Shown: positions 29,881-39,262, numbered from the stretch's first letter. The stretch: DNA of 64,000 nucleotides from Oligoflexia bacterium (GCA_903831745.1 CAIKYX010000261.1:4685-68684); one strand, 5' to 3'. A program made the numbers and translations. Notes: generated by a model from the letters alone, not told the origin.

Positions 29881-31161
29881 TTATCGATCGAGCTCCCCGG
29901 CAATGACGTTGATACTTCCCAGTGCTGCCACCAAGTCAGCAATATACCCACCCTGAATCATCGGCGATAGGCCTTGATAATGCCAAAATGAGGGACTTCT
30001 AATCCGCATGCGATGAGCATTCACATCGCCTTTGCTGACGATATAAAAACCCAGTTCACCGTTTGCCGCTTCAAAAGCTGTGTAAGCCTCGCCCGGCGGA
30101 ACGTTGAAACCTGTCATGAAAAATTTAAAATGGTGAATCAAACCTTCCATTGTGTTGTACACGGCTGCTTTTTCTGGAATCCTGACTCGCTTGTCTTCGG
30201 ACCAAATCGGGCCACTTCGAATTTTGTCGCAACATTGTGAAATGATGTTCAGTGACTGCTTCATTTCTTCCATTCGCACGTAGTAGCGATCAAAAACATC
30301 TCCAACTCGCGCAATCGGCACATCGAAATCCATCTTGTCATAGAACATACAAGGTTGATCACGACGAAGATCGATATCGACTCCGGCTGCGCGCGCGTTC
30401 GGACCGGTAAAACTATAGTTCAAACACTGCTCTTTATTAAAGACTGCTACGTTCTTTGTGCGATTCAACCAGATGCGGTTGTCGGTGAGCAATCGATCCA
30501 TTTCATCGATGACGTCTCGGGTTTCCTTCACCCAGGCTTTTACGTCTTTTTCCCAACCTTCGGGCGCATCATACATCAGGCCGCCGATGCGGGTATAAGA
30601 CGTGGTCAGTCGAGCTCCACAGAGTTGTTCAATCAGCGTGTACGCTTTTTCGCGTTGATGATAGCCGTACAAGAAGTAAGAGAATGCCCCCAGGTCGACG
30701 GCGTTGATGCCGACGCAAATCAAATGATCAATGACACGCGCGAGTTCGGCGCAAATCATGCGAATCCAAGTGGCGCGCTCGGGAACCTCAACCCCCATCA
30801 ACCGCTCGACCGAAAGGGCGTAGGTAACGTTGTTGATCAATGACGAACAATAATTCAGACGATCGGTATAAACGATGAATTGATGATACGTGCGATTTTC
30901 GCCCAGCTTCTCTTTTGCCCGGTGGGTATAGCCGAATTCGCAGTACGATTTTTCGATGATCTCGCCATTCAACTTGGCCATACATCGAAACGCGCCATGC
31001 ATCGCAGGATGGGTCGGACCAATATTAACGATGACCCGTGAGTCTTCGAAAATATCGTCCGAGTCTTTTTTCAGAGAAACGTCGTAGTGCGAAGGAAAAC
31101 CCCAGCGGGCAATATCCAAAGGCACGTCCGGCTGAAGTGCGTTTTCTTTTTCATTTTTCAT
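29881..31161 (-). CDS. nuoD: NADH-quinone oxidoreductase subunit D
   Basis: GPTHPAMHG, DRLNY, GELGFY, C-terminal GELDR. Confidence 0.97.
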   Translation of the reverse strand: MKNEKENALQPDVPLDIARWGFPSHYDVSLKKDSDDIFEDSRVIVNIGPTHPAMHGAFRCMAKLNGEIIEKSYCEFGYTHRAKEKLGENRTYHQFIVYTDRLNYCSSLINNVTYALSVERLMGVEVPERATWIRMICAELARVIDHLICVGINAVDLGAFSYFLYGYHQREKAYTLIEQLCGARLTTSYTRIGGLMYDAPEGWEKDVKAWVKETRDVIDEMDRLLTDNRIWLNRTKNVAVFNKEQCLNYSFTGPNARAAGVDIDLRRDQPCMFYDKMDFDVPIARVGDVFDRYYVRMEEMKQSLNIISQCCDKIRSGPIWSEDKRVRIPEKAAVYNTMEGLIHHFKFFMTGFNVPPGEAYTAFEAANGELGFYIVSKGDVNAHRMRIRSPSFWHYQGLSPMIQGGYIADLVAALGSINVIAGELDR

Positions 31162-31718
31162 TTCAAGAGCTCCGGATCAATCGGTTCTGGATTCAAAAAC
31201 ACCTGGTACCCTCGAAGCGGGTAATCTTTTCTAAGCGGGTGACCTTCCCAGCGAACATCCATGAGAATTCGTCTCAGGTCGGGGTGTCCCTCGAAGCTGA
31301 TACCAAACATATCGTAAATTTCGCGCTCGGCCCAATTTGCGCCCGCCCAAAGCGGAATGAACGTGCCTATCTTTTCATTTTCCGACAAACGAACCTTGAT
31401 GCGAATGCGCGCTTTCGTTTCTGGATTCATCAGGTGAAACACAAGCTCAAAGCGGGGATCATTCTGCTCATCGACTGCCGTCATGTCGGTCAGAAAACTA
31501 TAATTGTATTTTTCCTTGAGGGTTTGCAGAAACGAATGGGCAATCGCTTTCTTTACGTAAAGAATCGGAAGATCGGTTGCATCTTGCCCAGGCTTCAGAA
31601 CTTTTTCGACTCCTGACGAGAACTCAGCCAGGATGGATTCAATCTGTTGATTCCAGATCTCACCGAATTTTTCAGGAAAATATCCGTAATTGCCGGGAAT
31701 CAGTGTTTTAACGTTCAT
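31158..31718 (-). CDS. nuoC: NADH-quinone oxidoreductase subunit C
   Basis: [32 protein letters not shown] 31718 has a GAGG SD and overlaps the nuoB end. Confidence 0.95.
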   Translation of the reverse strand: MNVKTLIPGNYGYFPEKFGEIWNQQIESILAEFSSGVEKVLKPGQDATDLPILYVKKAIAHSFLQTLKEKYNYSFLTDMTAVDEQNDPRFELVFHLMNPETKARIRIKVRLSENEKIGTFIPLWAGANWAEREIYDMFGISFEGHPDLRRILMDVRWEGHPLRKDYPLRGYQVFLNPEPIDPELLK

Positions 31719-32250
31719 GACCCACCTCAAGTCCGAGACTTGCCGGACGTTTGCTGTCATTTCGAAGATTTTTCTCACGGTTTTGAGAATGGGTTTCGCC
31801 TCTTGCAATCATTTCTTGAAGGCGAAACAACGCATTCAAAAGTCCTTCAGGCGAAGGCGGACAACCCGGAACATAAACATCAACAGGCAAAACGGTGTCG
31901 ATTCCTTGGGTGACGCTATAGACATTGAAAATTCCACCGGACGAAGCGCACGCACCCATCGAAATGACCCATTTTGGATCGGCCATCTGATCGTAAATAT
32001 TTCTGAGGATGGGCGCCATTTTGAGATTAACGATACCGGCGCAAATCAAAAGATCGCTTTGGCGCGGAGAGAACCGCACCACTTCAGCTCCGAATCGGGC
32101 CATATCGTAGCCCGACGCCAAGGTAGACATCAGCTCAATGCCGCAGCAACTGGTTCCGAAGGGGAGTGGAAACAATGAGTTTTTCCGTGCCCAGCTGACG
32201 ACATGGTCTAATTTGGTGGTAAAAAAATCTGATGCTCCGTCTTTAGACAT
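31708..32250 (-). CDS. nuoB: NADH-quinone oxidoreductase subunit B
   Basis: [25 protein letters not shown]. Confidence 0.97.
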   Translation of the reverse strand: MSKDGASDFFTTKLDHVVSWARKNSLFPLPFGTSCCGIELMSTLASGYDMARFGAEVVRFSPRQSDLLICAGIVNLKMAPILRNIYDQMADPKWVISMGACASSGGIFNVYSVTQGIDTVLPVDVYVPGCPPSPEGLLNALFRLQEMIARGETHSQNREKNLRNDSKRPASLGLEVGHER

Positions 32251-32263
32251 ATGTATTTCCTAC

Positions 32264-32626
32264 TTATTCCCAATTTAAAGCGCCTTTTCTGACGATATAG
32301 ACATAGCCCACAATCAGAACCGCTACGAAAGACAACATTTCAAGTAATACGAAATTTCCGGTCGACATGAATTTCTTAAAAACAACCGCCCAGGGATAAA
32401 AGAACACCGTCTCTACGTCGAACAACAAAAATAAAATGGCGACGAGGTAGAACTGAACCGATACGCGCTTGTGTTTTCCGGAGTCGACAGGCGGCACGCC
32501 ACATTCGACAGGAGAGTTTTTCATTCGATTGGGTAACTTGGGTCCGAGCAGTGATGTAATGACCAACACTGCTCCACCTACAGCGATCCCCGCTGACATC
32601 ATGACCAGCACAGGAAGGTAGTCCAT
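32264..32626 (-). CDS. nuoA: NADH-quinone oxidoreductase subunit A
   Basis: ECG loop, FLLFDVETVFFYPW, GALNWE. Confidence 0.96.
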   Translation of the reverse strand: MDYLPVLVMMSAGIAVGGAVLVITSLLGPKLPNRMKNSPVECGVPPVDSGKHKRVSVQFYLVAILFLLFDVETVFFYPWAVVFKKFMSTGNFVLLEMLSFVAVLIVGYVYIVRKGALNWE

Positions 32627-32673
32627 TTCCTTATCCTTTCCAAAAATTTCAAAAGGCTGTTTTTTTAGTCACC

Positions 32674-34038
32674 TTACCATAAATTAATAGCAGGGTGTTC
32701 ATTTAATAATGTGACCAGGGGCGCTCTCGACGCGGTTAAAAAGACGATGATGAACAAATAAAGCACAAAAAACAAGACTTCACCGGAAATCAGCTTCCGG
32801 TTCAAACCTGACTCACATTTGAATAATGCGATTTTTCCAACTTTTTGAATTGAAGAAGCGGTGGCACCGAACCAAGTAAGGGCAATCACAACGGCCAGGG
32901 GCAGAAGGTCAGCTGAAATCATTTCATGCATCAATCGAAAAAATTGATGTCCCATTTCAAGGGGCGGTGCACCGACCAAAGCGAAGATGGTGGCGACCAT
33001 CAGAAACTTGTTCTGATACTTCTCTTCTTGAAAAGAATAGCCCGCCAGCAGGAACGTGATCAAAAACGCCAGTGAAAGAATATAGAACGCCGGAAGCGAA
33101 TGGTCTCCTCCGAGTACCAACGAAAACCAGCCGATCCCACAGAGGCTTGGCAGAATCGCCGACAACCAATCCGCATGTCCAGTCGTGCGAATCGCGAGCA
33201 CCACGTAACGGATGGTGAAGCCAGAGAACAGCAGGCCTAGAAAAAGCTGAGCTGCGTTTTTTGACAAGAATTCGGAAGCGTTTAAGAAAGGAATACCAAT
33301 CCTCAGCCAAAACACCGATACCATGACAAAGGAAACCAGATTCATACAAGCCAAGGCAAACGGGCTTTTTCCTCTAAAGACATTACCATGGGTCATGACG
33401 GATCCCAGGGCGAACAAGATCACGCCCATTCCCAATAAGGAAAAGGACTTTTCATGATGAAGCTTGACCCATTCGATGTATTCCGAAAAATAAATCGACC
33501 CCGAGGACAAACTCGAAATCGTAAAGAACGCGAAAAACAGACCGAGTAAAAGTGAAAAACCAAACGCCTGTTGCCGAATGGTCTTAATCCAACCTTCGTG
33601 GAGCTTGCTCTCGACCAGAATCAAATTTCGTGCAGAAATAGCGGACCCAAGCCACGCAAGCGCGTAGAGCAAAATGCTGTTACTCATGAAGCCGAGGTCG
33701 AGAAACAAGCAAAGAAACAAAACAAATAGAAGCGCTCTTTGCTTTTCGAGGTAAACCATTCCTCTGTGCAAATGAATACTCAAAGAGCCCAAAATCAAAA
33801 GTAGGAGTGAAAAAATTCTGCCAAAATAGGTGACGGAATCAGAGACCAGGATTTTCTCAGGCGGTGAAAAATAGGCGAGATCGGTCCGCATCAGAAAAAA
33901 CGAAGCTCCGGCAAGTGTGAAGAGTGAAAACACGAGAGGCAACGAGCGATAAGTGACTGGCTTGAAATTCAAGGAAAGCATCGCCACAAAGAACTGCACT
34001 AAAATTAATAATTCCGGAATCCAGTCGAGAAGAATCAC
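32674..34038 (-). CDS. highly divergent NuoN-like membrane protein
   Basis: Last gene of the second cluster; multi-TM. SNSILLYALAWL ~ AKDLVVMFIALE, LVGAPPL ~ MAGMPL. GTG start overlaps the upstream stop (GTGA). Confidence 0.7.
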   Translation of the reverse strand: MILLDWIPELLILVQFFVAMLSLNFKPVTYRSLPLVFSLFTLAGASFFLMRTDLAYFSPPEKILVSDSVTYFGRIFSLLLLILGSLSIHLHRGMVYLEKQRALLFVLFLCLFLDLGFMSNSILLYALAWLGSAISARNLILVESKLHEGWIKTIRQQAFGFSLLLGLFFAFFTISSLSSGSIYFSEYIEWVKLHHEKSFSLLGMGVILFALGSVMTHGNVFRGKSPFALACMNLVSFVMVSVFWLRIGIPFLNASEFLSKNAAQLFLGLLFSGFTIRYVVLAIRTTGHADWLSAILPSLCGIGWFSLVLGGDHSLPAFYILSLAFLITFLLAGYSFQEEKYQNKFLMVATIFALVGAPPLEMGHQFFRLMHEMISADLLPLAVVIALTWFGATASSIQKVGKIALFKCESGLNRKLISGEVLFFVLYLFIIVFLTASRAPLVTLLNEHPAINLW

Positions 34039-35027
34039 AGATGGCCCACCCTTTCCAACCAGAAAAATGCCACTGCACAAAACAGCTGGGTCGCCACCAC
34101 GATATAGTAGCGAAATCGCACTGACGAGTTTGGCTCTCTCTCGCGGAACTCATGACCCACATTCAGGGCGAATGCCTGAAGCGTGAAGGCCACGATTAGA
34201 ACCCAGATCCAATTCACATTCAGAGCCACAATGCTTTTTAGTGAATAGAAGAGTCCCGAGCAAACCAGAAATCCAGGCATACCGGCCAAAAACACTCTCG
34301 AGAAAACCTCGGTCTTACGTCCTAATTGTTGCCCAAGCGAAATCAGAATGGGCGAAGTCATCATCACTACCGAAAGCGAAGCAATCGCCAAGCGAACCAA
34401 GGATTCTGAATCCACCATCAGGACAAACATGCTCAATCCCAACCAAGCTTGAGTCAGGTGAATCCACTTTGAACGCGACTTGCGCTTCATCAGGGATAAC
34501 CAGGAGCCTGCGAGGAAAGTGGATAACCCAAGAATGGTCAGAACCAGATCCCAAGTCTGGGTCCACTCGACTCTCATCTCGGGCTTGATTCTCATCAACA
34601 CATTCAGCGTCGCTAGCGCTGGCAAGAGGCTCGAGTACAAATAAGTGCGCTGGGTGACTCCATGTTCTTGCCTTTCAAAAATCAAAGACCAAAGAACCGT
34701 AGGCAAAGACAAGACTAACCCGATGAAAATCAGTAAGGAAGAGAGCGGACTTCCCTGAAGCGCAACGCCGAACAAGCTCACAAAAAGAAAGAAGCACCGA
34801 AGTGAAAAGTTCATTTGTGACAGGACCGCGTTCGAGCGCTTTCCTTGGCGGCTAGAAATCAAATACGAAGCCATGGTCAGCAGAATCAATAGAAGAATAC
34901 TGACTTCCATCGAACCCGAAAAAACCGCTCCTGCTGCAAGCGCGATCGGACCAAGCCCCACTGGGGTTGACGTCACCAACCACGCAATGACCATCACTGC
35001 ACTGAGAAAGCTCCAATCAAAATTCAA
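34035..35027 (-). CDS. highly divergent, shortened NuoM-like membrane protein (330 aa)
   Basis: GGAGG SD. HLTQAWLG ~ YSSISHLG, LAGMPGFLVCSGL ~ VALPGTMNFVGE. Position between L-like and N-like. Confidence 0.65.
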   Translation of the reverse strand: MNFDWSFLSAVMVIAWLVTSTPVGLGPIALAAGAVFSGSMEVSILLLILLTMASYLISSRQGKRSNAVLSQMNFSLRCFFLFVSLFGVALQGSPLSSLLIFIGLVLSLPTVLWSLIFERQEHGVTQRTYLYSSLLPALATLNVLMRIKPEMRVEWTQTWDLVLTILGLSTFLAGSWLSLMKRKSRSKWIHLTQAWLGLSMFVLMVDSESLVRLAIASLSVVMMTSPILISLGQQLGRKTEVFSRVFLAGMPGFLVCSGLFYSLKSIVALNVNWIWVLIVAFTLQAFALNVGHEFREREPNSSVRFRYYIVVATQLFCAVAFFWLERVGHL

Positions 35028-35868
35028 AGGAACCTCCTTTTTCGATCAGAACCACACCCACCCATAACACCACCATGATCAAGGTCCACCAAAAAATAGA
35101 TTGATAGGCCGGGGCAATCTCACCTGAATGTTCACGCTCGGCTTTTTCGAGCCAAAAGCGGCCAAATGTAGCTCGGTCACCGATCGCGCGGAAGGCGCGC
35201 TCACTTGAAGCCTGGATTCGATTCAACCATCCTTCAAAATCAGGGGTTTTAAAGTGGTTCCAAATGAAGATTCCAAGAAGCACGGTGAGAATCGCGCCTC
35301 CTGCAATGACCAATGGCTCACTCTCTGCGATCGTCATGACTGCCGGTCGAAAAGAAAGCAGCACGCCCACCAACAAGAAGGGCTCTAGCCATTTTTGAAT
35401 CAATTCCTGTTTTTTAACCTTGAGTGCCTTCAGTGATTCTTTGATCACCACCGACCCGACAGCGGTTCCTAAAACCACTTCCATGAACTCGGGTTGCGCA
35501 AAATAGCTTCGAGAAAGAATCAAAGCGACGACCACTCCCAAACGATCGAGTCCTCCAGAATAAGAGACCCCCAAGACCCCGAAGATCGTAAAAAACTCTC
35601 GGAAGGGTGCCGGTGCTGCCATGCCGATCAATAACAGTAAAATGGATACAGAATCTTTTACTCTGAAGGGGGTCGGAAGATTTTCGCGGGCTCTCGACCA
35701 GACCACGAGTGTCGCGGTCAGAATCGCAAAGACGTCGCCCTTTAAAAACGCACCGATGGCGATTGCAATAAACGGCAAAACAGTGCGCTCACGCACCAAG
35801 CCTAGAAGTGCGGCGAGAAAGAAATAGAGTGAAATCTGATTCAGCTGTAACCAATCATTCAGATTCAT
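35017..35868 (-). CDS. highly divergent, shortened NuoL-like membrane protein (283 aa)
   Basis: LQLNQISLYF ~ LRLDSLSAVF, FRVKD ~ NRIGD, C-terminal amphipathic stretch followed by HSG...Y and a final TM. Confidence 0.6.
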   Translation of the reverse strand: MNLNDWLQLNQISLYFFLAALLGLVRERTVLPFIAIAIGAFLKGDVFAILTATLVVWSRARENLPTPFRVKDSVSILLLLIGMAAPAPFREFFTIFGVLGVSYSGGLDRLGVVVALILSRSYFAQPEFMEVVLGTAVGSVVIKESLKALKVKKQELIQKWLEPFLLVGVLLSFRPAVMTIAESEPLVIAGGAILTVLLGIFIWNHFKTPDFEGWLNRIQASSERAFRAIGDRATFGRFWLEKAEREHSGEIAPAYQSIFWWTLIMVVLWVGVVLIEKGGSFEF

Positions 35869-36094
35869 GGTCGAGTTGAACTTCCTTTCTCAATACCATC
35901 ATGGCGCCAACCAGAATGATGGCGGTCAAAAAAACGGCTCCACCCAAAATCAAAGTGTCGTGACTTCTGAGCGCCAGAAGAGCATCTAAAACCAAGGCCA
36001 AACGCGCAACCCCAATAGAAACTCGGGGACCATCTTCAGCCATGAGAAGCTCAAACAAAGCATAAGCTAATAATAGAATCACAAACCAAATCAT
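35855..36094 (-). CDS. NuoK-like 3-TM protein lacking both conserved Glu
   Basis: 79 aa, three hydrophobic segments, ATGA overlap with J-like. Assignment mainly by position and size. Confidence 0.55.
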   Translation of the reverse strand: MIWFVILLLAYALFELLMAEDGPRVSIGVARLALVLDALLALRSHDTLILGGAVFLTAIILVGAMMVLRKEVQLDHESE

Positions 36095-36459
36095 CGTTTT
36101 CTTCTCTCCGTGATCAGGGCAATCAACGCTAGCGCCACTACCAAGGCCATTCCCAGATAAACAGGAAGCAACGGGCCATTCCAAAGATCTTCAGGCGACA
36201 GATCGACCTTCTTCTCGGGCTCTGGTCCGATCAGAGAAAGACCCACACTTACCGAAAGAATGAGCGCCAGAAATGCGGATTGCACCATTTTCAAGCGAGA
36301 CGCTCCCCGCGGACGGGTCCCTAAAAGCAAGAGAGTCTTCCAAAATTGGGCACCATAAAAGAGTCCGAGCAAAACAAGGAAGACTCCGAATGCAGGAACC
36401 TTCATGCCGAGGACGGCGGCGGTCGCAATCAACAGTGCCAGATCAAAAAAAACAATCAC
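36091..36459 (-). CDS. NuoJ-like membrane protein (122 aa)
   Basis: Hydrophobic, FYGA motif, LW...LLP before the last TM. GTGA overlap with I-like. Confidence 0.55.
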   Translation of the reverse strand: MIVFFDLALLIATAAVLGMKVPAFGVFLVLLGLFYGAQFWKTLLLLGTRPRGASRLKMVQSAFLALILSVSVGLSLIGPEPEKKVDLSPEDLWNGPLLPVYLGMALVVALALIALITERRKR

Positions 36460-36848
36460 CGTCGCCCCCTTCCAAAGCTCATCTTCAAATCATTCGGACT
36501 GAGTACGGCAGGCTGAATCTCTTTGGTCTGAACCAGAGCGTTTGGATCGCAAACATCGACACAGAACCCGCAAAAAATGCATTGTGAAAAATCGATATCG
36601 AATTTCGACACCCAAGGACGATGGCTTTTTTCGCTCTCCTGATATTCAAGTTCGATGCATTGCGTGGGACAAACTTTCACGCACTCTTCGCAAGCCGTGC
36701 ATTTTTCGATCGAATTAAAAATCAATCCTCGGGCCCGAGCCGGAAAATCGTCTTTTCCGCGCGATGAAACTGGGTCCGGATAAAACTCCGTATCAATTTT
36801 TCGGATTTCGCCTTCATTCAAAAGATGCTTCATTACCCGCTTAAGCAT
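36456..36848 (-). CDS. NuoI-like 2x[4Fe-4S] ferredoxin subunit
   Basis: YPD, RARG, CTACEECVKVCP, FDIDFSQCIFCGFCVDVC. ATG 36848 overlaps the H-like stop. Confidence 0.88.
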   Translation of the reverse strand: MLKRVMKHLLNEGEIRKIDTEFYPDPVSSRGKDDFPARARGLIFNSIEKCTACEECVKVCPTQCIELEYQESEKSHRPWVSKFDIDFSQCIFCGFCVDVCDPNALVQTKEIQPAVLSPNDLKMSFGRGRR

Positions 36849-37614
36849 GACTTCCCCCATAAGATACGAGGCCAAAAATGATCGCTGAAAACAACCAAAG
36901 CGCAATGGCCATCGGCAAGAGATAGACGAGGGATATCCTGAATAAGTCTTGCTTCGAATAAGCCGGAAAATACCGACCGAGCAGGCGGCACGCGACGAAG
37001 AGAACGGCGCTTTTCAGATGACCATCCAGAATAAAGAGATTGCCCTTCAAGAACAAATGAGTGGCAACCATGCACCAGCCATAAAACCTTGCCGACTGAA
37101 GCCAACTTTGTTCGCGCACGCCCGATTGAAACGGGTATTCGAGAAACAGAATCATTCCGGCAACCAAAAACAATGGCACAAACACCAAATGAAGAGGCGT
37201 CCATTCGTTTTGAATGAAAACACTCATGGCACTGAGGACGCCGAGCAGAGAACCAATCAGGAAAAATACCTGCGATCGATCCGCATTAATTCTGGCCTCG
37301 ACTTCATTGTTGAGCGGCGAAGCGGTCACCAACACCAGAGAATTGAGTGCCAGGTAGATTAAAAACACAGTCACAAAATTGTATTCGAGAAAAAACACCA
37401 GGCTGAGTTGAAGTACCAATACCGCCCAGGACTTCCACGCTCTCGAGGCGACCAGCTCTGACCATGAATCAACCCACAATTGATATAAAAACCCAGGAAA
37501 AGTAGCCCCTTTGCCCACGCGAGATTGATGGGTCACGTTCGTGCGCTCACTGATGCCGTAAACCAGGAAAGAAATCGGAAAAAAAATCAGAATCGAGATC
37601 AAAGTAGAAATCAT
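36841..37614 (-). CDS. divergent, shortened NuoH-like membrane protein (257 aa)
   Basis: ISERTNVTHQSRVG ~ VERRGSALLQNRLG, QLWVD ~ QAACD, EYPFQ ~ RLPFD. Confidence 0.7.
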   Translation of the reverse strand: MISTLISILIFFPISFLVYGISERTNVTHQSRVGKGATFPGFLYQLWVDSWSELVASRAWKSWAVLVLQLSLVFFLEYNFVTVFLIYLALNSLVLVTASPLNNEVEARINADRSQVFFLIGSLLGVLSAMSVFIQNEWTPLHLVFVPLFLVAGMILFLEYPFQSGVREQSWLQSARFYGWCMVATHLFLKGNLFILDGHLKSAVLFVACRLLGRYFPAYSKQDLFRISLVYLLPMAIALWLFSAIIFGLVSYGGSHA

Positions 37615-38636
37615 CGATCAATCTCCGTCACCAGGAAACCCAGGCTTTTTAAAATCAGAGGAGTGTCTTCAAAATATTCACTTTCGAGGGCAGGAATGAT
37701 GGCTCCCAAAATGGCGTCGGACGGAGTTCCGACCTTCATTGACTCGACTTTAAGATCTTCGCCGAGCTTCAACTCAAGCGCCCATTCACCTCGCCAGCAA
37801 ACCAAATCGCGAGTGCTCGCGGGCTTGATTCGTTTATTCCAACCTTCTACCAAAAATGCACCCTTATGGGGAGTTGCAACCAAAGCCATGATTTCGTCCG
37901 CACAACTGCGGGTGCAATTCAGCACAAACACCAAGCGCGACTCGACTTGACTGACCAGGCCTACATGAGTCGTCTGCACAGACGTTTCACTGACAAATCC
38001 GAACTTGCCTCCATCGACTACCGTGCCAATTGCTTGAAGGCGGTTTTGAAACGTATGTGACCAGAGAAACATCGACTGAATCCGGTCGAAATCTGCGAGG
38101 TAATTTTTAATCCAGATCTCTATCCGCTCGAGGAATCCTTCGGTAATATCGTATCGAACGCCGCCTGCGCGGACGAAACAATATCCATACCGTGAGCCCG
38201 TCAAAAGCTCGGTCAAATCGAGAAGCTCCTCACGGTGTTTGAGGAGAATATTCTTCAGGATCAATAGCCCCATCGCTTCAGCCATGACCGCCAGATACTT
38301 AAGCATCGAACTGAACTCACTCACCGTGGTCGATACTTCTCGAATCCAAACGGCACGGTCTTCGACACTCCATCCGAGACACTCTTCTACTGCTTCAGAA
38401 AAAATCCGATCGAGCAGGACTGCGCTTTCGGGCTCGATTCGAGAGAACCAATGGCGCGCTTGAACAAAAGAAGTTCCCAATATTTTTTTCTCTACATCTT
38501 TTTTCGCGTAGCCGAATTCATGAGCTCCGCTGACCATTTGATCTCCATGGAGATCAATCGAGAGCCGCATGGGGCCGGGCAACCAATGATGAATCGGACC
38601 TAAGTTCAGGCGAGACTGAATTTTGGGATCGTTCAT
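37611..38636 (-). CDS. NuoD-like protein without quinone-binding residues or NiFe ligands
   Basis: NLGPIH, EFGY, HREELLDL..LTGSR...GGV, RGE, TPS, terminal EIDR. No CxxC. ATGA overlap with B-like. Confidence 0.85.
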   Translation of the reverse strand: MNDPKIQSRLNLGPIHHWLPGPMRLSIDLHGDQMVSGAHEFGYAKKDVEKKILGTSFVQARHWFSRIEPESAVLLDRIFSEAVEECLGWSVEDRAVWIREVSTTVSEFSSMLKYLAVMAEAMGLLILKNILLKHREELLDLTELLTGSRYGYCFVRAGGVRYDITEGFLERIEIWIKNYLADFDRIQSMFLWSHTFQNRLQAIGTVVDGGKFGFVSETSVQTTHVGLVSQVESRLVFVLNCTRSCADEIMALVATPHKGAFLVEGWNKRIKPASTRDLVCWRGEWALELKLGEDLKVESMKVGTPSDAILGAIIPALESEYFEDTPLILKSLGFLVTEIDR

Positions 38637-39010
38637 TTTTGTCCCTCCCGCAGCGCCAGCAATCCATTCATGATGGCTTCGGGTCGCGGAGGGCATCCGG
38701 TCACATAAACGTTCACGGGAACTGACTCGTCCCGCTTGAGTGGAAAGAGTCCTCCGCCACAGGCACAGGTGCCAATCGCCAGCACATATTTCGGTGATTT
38801 CATCGCCGCGTAGTAAGTTTCGACTTCTTTTTGAAGTTTTTCGTTCAGAGTTCCCTGAATGATCAACAAATTTGCTTCATCATGATGATCCGCAGGCCGG
38901 CACCCCAGGCGCTCAAGGTCATATCGACTGGATTCGGTCTGCATCCAGTCGTCTCCACAGCAGGAAATGCCTACTCTAAAGTATTTGAGTGTCGGTTTAG
39001 TGGTTTTCAT
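38633..39010 (-). CDS. minimal NuoB-like [4Fe-4S] subunit (125 aa)
   Basis: SCCG, YDLERLG, PKYVLAIGTCACGGG, VTGCPPRPEA. Confidence 0.88.
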   Translation of the reverse strand: MKTTKPTLKYFRVGISCCGDDWMQTESSRYDLERLGCRPADHHDEANLLIIQGTLNEKLQKEVETYYAAMKSPKYVLAIGTCACGGGLFPLKRDESVPVNVYVTGCPPRPEAIMNGLLALREGQK

Positions 39011-39218
39011 CCCGGTCTTTCTTCAGAAAGTTCTGTGCACACAAAAAGAAAGACAAAAAGACTACCAACATGACCAAAATCGCGATTAAATAGGAAATAA
39101 TTTTGATCTCCTTTGAGATAAAAATCGGAAGCGAAAACAAAAGCGGAATCCAGAGGAAAATGATTCCCTGGGACAATTGTGTTGTCTTGATCTCAAACGG
39201 CAGTATTTTCTTGAACAT
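38997..39218 (-). CDS. small 2-TM protein, probable NuoA remnant
   Basis: 73 aa; KILPFE resembles the NuoA loop; first gene of the cluster, overlapping B-like by 14 nt. Confidence 0.5.
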   Translation of the reverse strand: MFKKILPFEIKTTQLSQGIIFLWIPLLFSLPIFISKEIKIISYLIAILVMLVVFLSFFLCAQNFLKKDRDENH

Positions 39219-39232
39219 AACTTCTTATACAG

Positions 39233-39262
39233 AGGCTACTTGAAAAGGAAAGGGTGAGTCAA
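39233..39262 (-). promoter_or_regulatory. candidate sigma70 promoter for the divergent nuo cluster
   Basis: Minus strand TTGACT-N18-TAGCCT in the 43-nt divergent gap; the -35 touches the mfd ATG. Confidence 0.35.

Noticed and set aside
37611-39010. Second cluster as a group 4 [NiFe] hydrogenase
   Set aside because: The large subunit has no N- or C-terminal CxxC and ends EIDR like NuoD; the small subunit has the tandem CC of NuoB; no maturation genes are present.
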